A stretch of 64,000 nt of DNA, taken from Cyanophyceae cyanobacterium. Its GTDB lineage: Bacteria > Cyanobacteriota > Cyanobacteriia > Cyanobacteriales > JBHJGN01. Below are positions 20,519-29,817 of this stretch, piece after piece. The stretch's first letter is position 1, and every line of letters starts with the position of its first letter. Under the pieces are notes generated by a model that saw only the letters and a list, made by a program, of their open reading frames with translations, was not told the origin of the DNA and did no database searches. The stretch covers positions 52,858-116,857 of the forward strand of contig JBHJGN010000037.1 in the NCBI GenBank assembly GCA_050331735.1. Direction: 5' to 3'. Position numbers and translations under genes: made by a program.

Positions 20519-20588
20519 ACTTAACAACGGGATCAGTTCTGTTACAATTCACAAAAGATCGTTATTCCTGTTTACAGTGATCCTGCCC

Positions 20589-20969
20589 ATGCTGAGAGAA
20601 ATCCTGCCATTTCAGTTCGAGCTAGATACAGCAGCCATTGCCGGTAGCTGCCTGTGGTCGCTAGCGCTCTACTTAGGGTTTTCAGGCATCGGGGAGTGGA
20701 TTACTGATCAGCTAGACCGGTGGTTTAATTTTGCTGAGCGATCGCTATACACCTCAGCAGAAGAATTTGAAAAAACTCGTTCTGCCAGAGAATCACAAAA
20801 CGCCTTCTATGCCTCGGTTTTCAGCATCATTCCCTTTCTGATCGTGGGCGGACTGTGTAACTACGGAGTAGAACTTAGCTTAGGTCGCAGTTGGGCAGTC
20901 AGTATGGGAATACTAGCCTGTATGACGTGTGGCGTTTATGAGCTAGGACGGAGAAGCAGCGAATTATAG
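20589..20969 (+). CDS. Conserved cyanobacterial membrane hypothetical protein
   Basis: Three hydrophobic segments; WFNFAERSLYTS..EFEKTR..RESQNAFYAS. Confidence 0.75.
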   Translation: MLREILPFQFELDTAAIAGSCLWSLALYLGFSGIGEWITDQLDRWFNFAERSLYTSAEEFEKTRSARESQNAFYASVFSIIPFLIVGGLCNYGVELSLGRSWAVSMGILACMTCGVYELGRRSSEL

Positions 20970-20971
20970 AT

Positions 20972-21085
20972 TAAGTCCCTTCGGGACGGGAAAAGGGGAA
21001 ACTGTCGCGTCTGCGACGGGGAAAGGGGAAAGGGAAATCTGTCCCTTTCCCTAACGGGAACGCTCCGCGAACGGGATGGGAAAAG
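20972..21085. repeat. Inverted copy of the 20444-20518 repeat cluster plus an SDR-like unit
   Basis: agtcccttcgggacggg and gggaaaaggggaaactgtcgcgtctgcga match the reverse complement of 20444-20518. Also gggaacgctccgcgaacggg. Confidence 0.65.
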
Positions 21086-21243
21086 AACACAGGATGAAGG
21101 AATAAATTGATTGCTTCTTCTTTGCCCTTTGCCCGCAGCGTAAGCTGCCTTGCTGCTTGCTCAGGAATCTCTCATCAATCCCTCAGAGGAACTTCACGGT
21201 GCAATTGCATGTTGAGAAGTATCGAACGATAGTCGATTGCTCG

Positions 21244-21771
21244 ATGAAATTAGGAACCATTGTTAAATTGGCTGGCGGGACGGCAGCAGTAGTGATCGCG
21301 ACCCTAGCCGCCTTGGTTGTCCAGGCAGGCGGTTGGGAAAATTTTAAGCTGAAGCATTTTTATCTGACAAGTGTAGTTCACGATCAAGAGCAGGAACTAG
21401 ACGACCTCCGCAAACAGGTCAACCTCGCAGACGCCAGCCGCATCGACCTTGCGGAGCTTCTCAACGGAGGACCGCCGAAAGACGGCATTCCTAGTATCGA
21501 CAATCCCAAATTTGATACGGCTCAGACAACGCCTTTTCGTCAAGAGGATCTGGTGATTGGGATTGTTGTTAATGGAGAGGCGAAAATCTATCCGCTGGGA
21601 ATTCTCAACTGGCACGAACTGGTTAACGACCGAATTGGGGGGGTTAATCTGAGCGTCTCCTACTGTCCGCTGTGCGACACCATTGTTGCCTTTGAACGCA
21701 ACGAGACAACCTTCGGAGTATCGGGCAAGCTGTATCAAAGCTGTTTGGTCATGTACGACCGAGCTGACGAT
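21244..21771 (+). pseudogene. DUF3179 domain protein, 5' part, interrupted by IS
   Basis: GGPPKDGIPSID, WHELVND, SYCPLC, FGVSGKLYQSCLVMYDR; homology stops at the IS left end. Confidence 0.85.
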
Positions 21772-23431
21772 ACAGGAACCGTCGCAGTTTGATAGCCCAC
21801 GAGCTTTAGCCGTGGGTGGAAAAACGAGTTATCCCCCTTAGGGCAGTCAGACTTTTCCTTGTGCTTCGACATATTCTTTGATTGTTTCTAAGCTAACCTG
21901 ACCAGCGGTAGAAACAAAGTAGCTGCGAGTCCACATCGAAGGCAGCTTCATCAACTAAGGAAACTCTTTTCTTAAATATCTAGCCGATGCACCTTTAACT
22001 TTGTGCATGATAGCTGGAATGCCTAAGTGAAAAGGCGCGTTGATGAATAGGTGTACGTGGTCAGGCTCTATAGCTAGAGAGATTAATCGACAATCTAGAG
22101 CTGACAAGGCTTGATGAATTAGTTCGCTAAGCCTTTGCTTGATCTTCCCCTTCAAGACTTTTCTACGTCTTCTCGGTATCCAAATGAAATGATAGTTGAT
22201 ATCTGAAACGGTTGTATGAGTTCGTCTATATCTTTCCGTTATCTCTACAAATTATGTCTATCTAACGGTATTATAGACAGATGAAAACGTTTAAATTTAA
22301 GCTATATCACCAGAAGTGGAATCAACATCTACATCGCGCTATCAATGCAGCCAGCAGTGTATATAATCACTGCATTGCTTTGCATAAGCGCTATTATCGG
22401 ATGTTCAAAAAGCATCTAAACAAAAATAAGCTGATGAAGCATATAGCTAAACTAAAACGGAGCAATGCTTATTGGCTCCTGGTTAACGCCCAGGCTGTTC
22501 AAGATATCGTTCAGCGGATAGACCGAGCCTACGAGCTATTTTTCAAACACCACAAGAAGGGGGTTAGACCACCGAACTTTAGAAAGAAAATTAAGTATAA
22601 AGCTATTACGCTTAAGCAGAATGGCTATAAGTTTTTATCAGGCAATCAGTGCGGAATGCACCAAGCTTGCGACCCAAAATCGATTCCGGGTCGTTCCCGG
22701 TTGAGGATTGGAAAGCGAGTATTTAAATTCTGGCTCAGTCGAGAAATCCAAGGAAAGATTAAAACTGTCACTATCAAACGTAATGCTCTAGACGAGTTAT
22801 TTGTGTTTGTTGTGACTGATTTTGTAGATCGCCAAGTCCCAGTCATGACGGGTAACAGCGCAGGTTTTGACTTCGGCTGCAAAACATTTCTAACTTGCTC
22901 GGACGGCACGGATATCAAATCGCCATTGTTCCTTAAGCAATCTTTAAAGCAGCTAGCGTTAGCCAGCCGCAATCATTCCACCAAGAAACGAGGTTCCAGG
23001 AGGCGAGAGAAAGCAAGGGTAAATCTGGTGCGAGTCCATGAGAAAGTTGTAAACCGCCGCTCTGACTGGTTCTGGAAGCTGGCACATAGGCTAACGGACA
23101 AGTTTGATTACTTGTTCTTTGAAACTCTCAGTCTCAAGGGAATGCAGCGTTTGTGGGGTCGGAAGATCAGTGACTTGGCTTTTGCTGAGTTCCTGAAAAT
23201 CCTGGACTTTGTCGGCGAAAAGAAAGGCAAGGTGGTTAGCTATATTGATCGTTGGTTCCCTAGCTCTAAAACCTGTTCTGAGTGCAATTTTGTGGTAGAT
23301 AAGCTGGACTTGAACGAACGTTATTGGGTCTGTCCAAGCTGTTCGGCTAAGCATGGACGCGATGCTAACGCTAGTCGAGTAATTCTAAGAGTTGGGGCTA
23401 CAACTCTAAGGTTAGGAGATGTTAGTCTGCC
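21772..23431 (+). mobile_element. IS200/IS605-family element (divergent tnpA and tnpB), right end missing
   Basis: Left end with subterminal hairpin cccacg-agctttagc-cgtggg. tnpA on minus, tnpB on plus. No RE hairpin/TCAA before DUF3179 sequence resumes. Confidence 0.88.
21847..22242 (-). pseudogene. tnpA: IS200-type Y1 transposase TnpA, inactivated
   Basis: YHFIWIPRRR, PDHVHLF (HUH), KGAS, WTRSYFVST, IKEYV. In-frame TAG at 21955-21957 separates HUH from the catalytic Tyr; apparent start codon reads ATA. Confidence 0.88.
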
Positions 23432-23474
23432 AAACAGACGAGACGATTGTGTTTCGAGTGCGTCATCAAGATAG
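22281..23474 (+). CDS. tnpB: TnpB RNA-guided endonuclease
   Basis: RuvC I GFDFG, RuvC II FFETL, zinc finger CSEC/CPSC, RuvC III RDANAS. The last ~14 codons read into the flanking DUF3179 sequence. Confidence 0.92.
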   Translation: MKTFKFKLYHQKWNQHLHRAINAASSVYNHCIALHKRYYRMFKKHLNKNKLMKHIAKLKRSNAYWLLVNAQAVQDIVQRIDRAYELFFKHHKKGVRPPNFRKKIKYKAITLKQNGYKFLSGNQCGMHQACDPKSIPGRSRLRIGKRVFKFWLSREIQGKIKTVTIKRNALDELFVFVVTDFVDRQVPVMTGNSAGFDFGCKTFLTCSDGTDIKSPLFLKQSLKQLALASRNHSTKKRGSRRREKARVNLVRVHEKVVNRRSDWFWKLAHRLTDKFDYLFFETLSLKGMQRLWGRKISDLAFAEFLKILDFVGEKKGKVVSYIDRWFPSSKTCSECNFVVDKLDLNERYWVCPSCSAKHGRDANASRVILRVGATTLRLGDVSLPNRRDDCVSSASSR

Positions 23475-23739
23475 GCTCACGCTGCATCCGAAAGCCATTG
23501 TGAGCCATGTCTGGGAAGCAGACAATCAAATGCCCCACAACCGCTTCTCCGGTGACAGCCGGCAATTTCCCCACGAGGAACTTAAACAAGTAGAAGAGAA
23601 GGTGGTAGTCTTCAACGGACGCACCATCAAAGCGAGATGGGATCGCCAATTAGCAACGGTTGTTGTGACCGAAATGGATGGCACTGTGATTCCAAGTTCT
23701 ACGGCCTTTGCGTTTGTCTATCCAGCGTACTTTGAATAA
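23432..23739 (+). pseudogene. DUF3179 domain protein, 3' part
   Basis: TDETIVFRVRHQDR..LHPKAIV...IPSSTAFAFVYPAYFE*, on the same strand as the 5' part. Confidence 0.7.
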
Positions 23740-23856
23740 AAATCTGTGCCAAGGAAAGAAGCAGGAGAAAAGAGCAGTAACTTAAAAAAAAAGGCAAGCG
23801 CGATCGCCTAGCTCCTTTGATAAGATCTGCTACATATCTAGATCGCGTTGCTGTTC

Positions 23857-25206
23857 ATGCTAGCTTCTACCGTTACGCTCAAAAGTACCGTCAATCAACA
23901 AACCTTAATTATTGCGCCAGCGTCCGGGGTTTCTCTGCGAGGCAGATTTCGGGTTCCTGGAGATAAGTCTATTTCTCATCGGGCGCTGATGCTGGGGTCA
24001 ATTGCCGAAGGAGAAACAATTATAGAGGGATTACTAGTTGGAGAAGATCCTCGCAGTACAGCGCGGTGCTTTCAGGAGATGGGGGCTAAAATTTCTCCGC
24101 TCAACGCCGGCAAAGTCATTGTTGAAGGCGTTGGATTGGGGCAGCTCCAGGAACCAGAAAACGTTTTAGATGCCGGTAACTCTGGCACCACGATTCGCTT
24201 GATGATCGGTCTGCTGGCTGCAACCCCCGGACGGTTTTTTACCATCACGGGAGATCAGTCTTTGCGTTCCCGCCCCATGTCCCGCGTGGTCAAGCCGCTT
24301 CAGCAGATGGGAGCTACGATTTGGGGTCGTAAAGGAAATTCTCTAGCTCCCCTGGCGCTCAGAGGTCAACAGCTTCAGCCCCTGCACTATAGTTCTCCGA
24401 TGGCTTCGGCCCAGGTTAAATCCTGTGTGCTGTTGGCTGGGCTGATGGTTCCAGGAGAAACCACCGTCACAGAACCAGCCCTTTCTAGAGACCACAGCGA
24501 AAGGATGCTGAGAGCTTTTGGCGCTGACGTTCGGGTGGACCCAGAAACCCACAGCGCCACGATTACTGGTTACCCTCAGCTCAAGGGCCAACGGGTTGTT
24601 GTGCCGGGAGATATTAGTTCAGCCGCCTTTTGGCTGGTGGCAGCCGCGATTGTGCCCGGCTCAGAACTCGTCATCGAAAACGTGGGGACGAACCCAACCC
24701 GCATCGGTATTTTAGAAGTGCTAGAGCGCATGGAGGCAGACATTGAACGGGAAAACGAGCGCGTCGTGGCCGGAGAACCCGTGGCTGATTTGCGCGTACG
24801 GTCTGGACCCCTCAAAGGCTGCACCATCGAGGGAGAAATGATTCCGCGGCTGATTGACGAAATTCCTATTCTCGCGGTGGCGGCTGTTTTTGCCGCTGGC
24901 ACAACCGTGATTCGAGATGCCGCCGAGCTGCGCGTTAAAGAAAGCGATCGCCTCGCCGTGATTGCCTCTCAGCTAAACCGCATGGGCGCTAAAATCACGG
25001 AGCTGCCCGACGGTTTAGAAATTGAAGGCGGCACTCCTCTAGCGGGAACCGAGGTAGATAGCTACACCGACCATCGCATCGCCATGAGCTTGGCCATTGC
25101 GGGGCTGAACGCCACTGGGACAACGACGATTTATCGCGCTGAAGCAGCGGCGATTTCGTATCCAGACTTTGTGGCTACCCTGGAGCAGGTGTGTCAGCAA
25201 CAGTGA
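23857..25206 (+). CDS. aroA: 3-phosphoshikimate 1-carboxyvinyltransferase
   Basis: [44 protein letters not shown]. Confidence 0.98.
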   Translation: MLASTVTLKSTVNQQTLIIAPASGVSLRGRFRVPGDKSISHRALMLGSIAEGETIIEGLLVGEDPRSTARCFQEMGAKISPLNAGKVIVEGVGLGQLQEPENVLDAGNSGTTIRLMIGLLAATPGRFFTITGDQSLRSRPMSRVVKPLQQMGATIWGRKGNSLAPLALRGQQLQPLHYSSPMASAQVKSCVLLAGLMVPGETTVTEPALSRDHSERMLRAFGADVRVDPETHSATITGYPQLKGQRVVVPGDISSAAFWLVAAAIVPGSELVIENVGTNPTRIGILEVLERMEADIERENERVVAGEPVADLRVRSGPLKGCTIEGEMIPRLIDEIPILAVAAVFAAGTTVIRDAAELRVKESDRLAVIASQLNRMGAKITELPDGLEIEGGTPLAGTEVDSYTDHRIAMSLAIAGLNATGTTTIYRAEAAAISYPDFVATLEQVCQQQ

Positions 25207-25258
25207 TTAGTGATAGTTTAATAGCTGTTCGCTCTGAGAAAGCTAACAGCTTCTTTAA

Positions 25259-26077
25259 ATGACAGATTGGACAAAAATTATAGAGTTTGCGCAGGAGACG
25301 ACGGAGCAGGTTGGCAATCAGCTCGTTCGTTCTGATACGCGACAGGCGACCCATAAAGCTGATGGTTCTCTGGTGACGCAGGCAGATCGGTGGGCAGATT
25401 GTCAAATTAGGGAAGCGATCGCAGCTCGCTTTCCGGACCACGGTGTTCTTACTGAAGAAACGACTCATGTTTTTCCAGAACATGACTGGTGCTGGATTGT
25501 CGATCCGATCGATGGCACCACGAATTTTACCCGGGGTGTGCCGCTGTGGGGCATTTCCCTCGGGTTACTTTATCAAGGAACGCCAGTATTTGGACTGGTG
25601 CATCTCCCTCCTATCCAACAGACGTTTCACGGTTTCTGGTACGGGGACTCTGGGTTAACCGGACCCACGGGAGCTTATTTAAACCATCAACCGATTCACA
25701 CGAGTGCCGATGCTCCGAGCAACAGTCATCTCTTCAATATCTGCGCTCGCAGTACGGCCATTCTGCAACGCCCGTTTCCCTGCAAGATTCGCATGATTGG
25801 CGTTGCTAGCTACAATATTCTGCTGGTGGCTGCGGGAGCCACCCTCGGCGGGGTCGAAGCCACGCCCAAAATTTGGGACATTGCCGCTGTGTGGCCTATT
25901 TTACAGGCAGCCGGGGGAGTCTATATTGCTCTTGGAACAGAACCATTTCCTCTCCAAGTGGGTCAAGACTACGGCAGCCGATCGTTTCCTTGTTTAGCCG
26001 TCAGTCAGCCGAAGCTCGTGCCAATATTCCAGCCGCTAGTAGCAGCGATTGGGAAAAGAACCGAGAGAAGGACATAA
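25259..26077 (+). CDS. Inositol monophosphatase family protein
   Basis: LVTQAD, TEE, WIVDPIDGTTNF, WDIAA. Confidence 0.92.
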   Translation: MTDWTKIIEFAQETTEQVGNQLVRSDTRQATHKADGSLVTQADRWADCQIREAIAARFPDHGVLTEETTHVFPEHDWCWIVDPIDGTTNFTRGVPLWGISLGLLYQGTPVFGLVHLPPIQQTFHGFWYGDSGLTGPTGAYLNHQPIHTSADAPSNSHLFNICARSTAILQRPFPCKIRMIGVASYNILLVAAGATLGGVEATPKIWDIAAVWPILQAAGGVYIALGTEPFPLQVGQDYGSRSFPCLAVSQPKLVPIFQPLVAAIGKRTERRT

Positions 26078-26179
26078 CGAAGGGCTAATTCTGATAATTC
26101 TTCATCTTGGTTTATATTTCGTTAGAATTTTGGGCAATATAGCACCGTAGTACATAAAGAAAATCTTGAAAGTGGTGCG

Positions 26180-26953
26180 ATGAGCATAGGGAGAATCTGG
26201 GCGATCGCAGCCAACGGCTTTCGGGAGGCGATTCGCGATCGCCTTCTGTACCTCGTTGGTTTTTTTACAATTCTGCTAGGTATGGCTTGGCGATTGCTGC
26301 CGGAGATTTCGGCAGGAACCCACGAAAAGATTTTCCTCGATTTTGGATTGGGGGCTATGGCCGTTTTCAGCGTTGGGGTTGCCATTTTTGTCGGTACTGG
26401 GTTGATCAACAAGGAGATTGAACAGCGCACGATTCTGGTCCTCATTCCTAAACCTATGAGCCGCACTGAATTTATTGTGGGTAAACATCTAGGCTTAGTG
26501 GCGGTGCTGGCAGTGTTACTGTCTGTGATGTCCGGTGTTTACTTGGCTCTGTTGCAGATGTCAAATACGGCCTATCCTCTGGGCAGCATTATAGTTGCAG
26601 TAGTGTATCTGCTGCTGGAGACGATTTTGCTGAGCGCTGTTGCTGTTGTTTTGGGAGTATTTACGAGCTCCATCTTGGCAACCCTGCTGAGCTTTGGCAT
26701 TTTCTTAATGGGACACGTCAGCCGTGATTTGGTAGAACTTGGTGAACTCAGCCAAAATCGAACTGTGGAAAGGTTTACGGAGGCTCTTTATCTTATTTTG
26801 CCAGATTTGTCCCGACTAAATCTGAGAAACGAAGCCGTTTATGGTTTACTGCCTTCGACTCTAGAATTGTTTAGCCATGCTCTTTACGGCGTTTTGTATA
26901 CAATATTGCTATTGGCGGTCGCCGTCGTCATTTTTTCGCGACAAGAGTTTTAA
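26180..26953 (+). CDS. ABC transporter permease (ABC-2 type)
   Basis: Multiple TM helices; EIEQRT...KPMSRTEFIVGKHLG. Confidence 0.85.
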   Translation: MSIGRIWAIAANGFREAIRDRLLYLVGFFTILLGMAWRLLPEISAGTHEKIFLDFGLGAMAVFSVGVAIFVGTGLINKEIEQRTILVLIPKPMSRTEFIVGKHLGLVAVLAVLLSVMSGVYLALLQMSNTAYPLGSIIVAVVYLLLETILLSAVAVVLGVFTSSILATLLSFGIFLMGHVSRDLVELGELSQNRTVERFTEALYLILPDLSRLNLRNEAVYGLLPSTLELFSHALYGVLYTILLLAVAVVIFSRQEF

Positions 26954-27389
26954 GTCGCTGCTATCAGAATAAGGGCTAGCAATAAGAATCTGCTTAAAAA
27001 AGCAGGACAGGATTAAAAACCGAGTAATTTTTGATAAAAATATCCTCTTTAAAAATCTTTATCTATGTTAGAAAACAAAAACATGATTTTTTCAATAACC
27101 ATTTGGATAATGAGGGAATAAAAACGCCTCAATTGAGTAGCTCGCTGCTCTATTGACCGAGGTCTGTTAAAACATTGTCCCGTTGGTTCGCCACCGAGAA
27201 TCAAATTGCCTAATTTAGGCATCTCGCCTATGGATTGACCCACAAAGAGGCTCTTTTCTCCAAAAACGGCTTCATCGGCAACCTACCAGTAGAGCAATTT
27301 GGGAGACTTAACGCTATTTTTATAGAAGCTAATTCCGTCGCCGATTCTCTATATCCTAAATAGATTTTAGTGTTAACAGAGCAGCCTTA

Positions 27390-29057
27390 ATGCTTCGTGA
27401 TCGCACAGCCATGATAGAACAGCTCGTTCAAGTCACAGAATCTCCAGTCGAGAATATCCTTCAGTCTACTGTTGAGCTCATCGCAGAAACTTTCAATGCG
27501 GGATGCTGCTTAAGCTGGCAGCCTCAACGAGATAGCAAAGCGCGGGTGTGTTATTCGTCCAAGTCTGTTACCCAAGAATTACGGCAGCTTTGTCAAAAAC
27601 TCTGCCATTCCTACCGCTCTACTCTCGCAGAAGGAACCCTCAGAGCTTTAGCTCGTGGAGATTCACTGCCGCTCGTGGAAGTGGCTATGCGCGAGGCTGA
27701 TATAGACTCAGTTCTGCTCATACCGCTGTTAACCGAAAATACCTATAGCGGAGAAATTAGCCTGTATCGTCAGGCGATGCAGTGGACGGAAAATGAACGA
27801 CAGATTATTCGGGCGATCGCGTCTCAGTGCGTCAGAACCATTGAGCAGGCAACGCCCCCCTCTCCAAAAGCTCAGTCTCTACACGAGTTAAGCCAGCAGA
27901 TTTTTCGGCTGCTTAATTCTCCCCGTCAGCCAGAGCAGATTCTCTTAGAGATATTAGCCAAAATTGGACAAGGCTTTCAGATCGAGCGGGTTGTCCTATT
28001 GCAGCTCGTCGGAGAACAGCTCGAGGTTCATCAAGAGTGGCGGCTACACGACCACGTTCCTCAAATTCGGATAGGGTCATTTAACTTGGCCCCCCGCGAG
28101 CTGGTGTTCAACGGACGCGAGCGACAGTATGTTGCTACGGCGAGCGAAGCAGAAGCGATTTGGGGGGATCAATGTGTGCTGACGGTCCCGGTCTTCGTTC
28201 GCGGTCAGTTTTTTGGAGGAATAGCGCTGCAAACTCAGACAGCACGAACGCTGACGCAACCGGAACTTGAGCTGCTGGAGTGTACAGCGGAGCAGGTATC
28301 GGTCGCTCTAGAACGTGTTCAAACGAGCGATCGTATCGAACAGTTGGTGGCAGAAAAACAGCGTTCTGATGAAGCGAACCAAGCTAAAAGTCAGTTTTTA
28401 TCGGTGATGAACCACGAGCTACGGACACCTCTAACCAGCATTATTGGCTTTTCCAATCTGTTGATGGAGGAAATCTATGGTTCGTTAAACCAGAAACAGA
28501 TGCAGTACGTCAGCGCCATTCTAGAGTCTGGCGAGTATTTGCTAGAACTGATCAACGATCTCCTCGATATCTCTAAAATTGAAGCGGAAAAAGAAGAGCT
28601 GTTTTTAGAAAAAGTCCCGGTAGAAGAAATTTGTTTATCTTCGCTGTCGCTAGTCGCAGAAAAAGCTAGGCAAGAAGGGCTCAGGATAGAAGTTAACATT
28701 GCTCCCAACGTTGGTGTTTGTTTGGCTGACCAGCGTCGCCTAAAGCAGATTTTAGTCAATCTGTTGTCTAACTCTGTTAAGTTCACAAGTGCTGGAGGTT
28801 CAGTCACTCTGCAAGTACAGCAAGATACTGAAATCCGCTTTTCCATCATTGATACTGGAATTGGTATTAGCCCAGAAGATCAGCAGAAGCTGTTTCAACC
28901 CTTTGTGCAAATCAATAATCGTTTCAGTCGCAAACAGAAGGGAACAGGCTTAGGCTTAGCTCTCTCCCGTAAGCTCGCTCAACTCCACGGCGGGGATATT
29001 ACCCTTGTCTCAGAGGTTGGCAAGGGAAGCTGCTTCACGCTGCATTTACCGCTCTAA
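27390..29057 (+). CDS. GAF-GAF sensor histidine kinase
   Basis: Two GAF-like regions; H box NHELRTPL, N box NLLSNSVKF, DTGIGI, GTGLGL. Confidence 0.92.
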   Translation: MLRDRTAMIEQLVQVTESPVENILQSTVELIAETFNAGCCLSWQPQRDSKARVCYSSKSVTQELRQLCQKLCHSYRSTLAEGTLRALARGDSLPLVEVAMREADIDSVLLIPLLTENTYSGEISLYRQAMQWTENERQIIRAIASQCVRTIEQATPPSPKAQSLHELSQQIFRLLNSPRQPEQILLEILAKIGQGFQIERVVLLQLVGEQLEVHQEWRLHDHVPQIRIGSFNLAPRELVFNGRERQYVATASEAEAIWGDQCVLTVPVFVRGQFFGGIALQTQTARTLTQPELELLECTAEQVSVALERVQTSDRIEQLVAEKQRSDEANQAKSQFLSVMNHELRTPLTSIIGFSNLLMEEIYGSLNQKQMQYVSAILESGEYLLELINDLLDISKIEAEKEELFLEKVPVEEICLSSLSLVAEKARQEGLRIEVNIAPNVGVCLADQRRLKQILVNLLSNSVKFTSAGGSVTLQVQQDTEIRFSIIDTGIGISPEDQQKLFQPFVQINNRFSRKQKGTGLGLALSRKLAQLHGGDITLVSEVGKGSCFTLHLPL

Positions 29058-29091
29058 ACACGCTGAGGTTTAGTCGGGAAAGCTCGATCAG

Positions 29092-29507
29092 TTGACGCAC
29101 TCCCACCGATAAATCGAGTGGAATTCGGCGATCCTGGCGCAGATTGCTGCGGTCCGGCAGTCTGACATCTACTCTCACCCTAGACAACGCCCTGCCTAGC
29201 TGCATTACTTCAGGCAACCAGGATGGTTTTCCTTCTTTAGATCGTTCAGAAGCTCAAAACCTGGATTTTACCCCTAGCGAATTGATTGACCCATTCAAAC
29301 TGAAACGATGACATTCTCACAGTGCGTTCAAAGTTTTACCCAGACGACTTCTAGCCAGAACCCGCTACTTTGATTAAATCGGAGATTTTAGGAGTAAACT
29401 AGCATGAAGTAGCTTAAAACTACAGCTTTCCACGGCAGCTAAAGCTGCTAGCTCGTTTTCCCCCCAAGGCTGAAGCTCGTGGGCTATCAAACTGCGACAG
29501 TTCTTGT
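29092..29507 (-). mobile_element. Non-autonomous IS200/IS605 derivative (LE, non-coding core, RE)
   Basis: Minus strand begins acaagaactgtcgcagtttgatagcccacgagcttcagcc, near-identical to the LE at 21772. It ends gaattccactcgatttatcggtgggagtgcgtcaa (RE hairpin plus TCAA). No transposase ORF. Confidence 0.85.
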
Positions 29508-29817
29508 ATATTTTTCATGCCTGAAGCAGAGCTTAAGTGTGCCAAGAACGACAGGAAAGTAGGTAACGTCAGTTTGGGATCCCAATAGCGGCGGTTCCTC
29601 AAACCGACCATTTCTGTAGTCCGTGAAGACGGCCTTGGCTTGTGTAGCTGCAAATTCATTCGCCATGCGCTGCTCGGCTAGTATTTTTGTGCTCCTTGGT
29701 TTGCTGTTGACCCCTCTAAAGAAAGATGAAGGACAGTTTTCCGATCGCTACCTTGAGGAAAAACTATCCAAAACAGATCCTCAATCTCAATTCAGCAATA
29801 CGACAAGGAGTAACAGA

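Noticed and set aside
22649..22697. Group II intron start (GTGCG) within tnpB
   Set aside because: Only 51 nt, with no domain V/VI or AY terminus.
29035..29659. ORFs 29035-29217 and 29420-29659 as real genes
   Set aside because: They cross the ends of the mini-IS and have no recognisable motifs.
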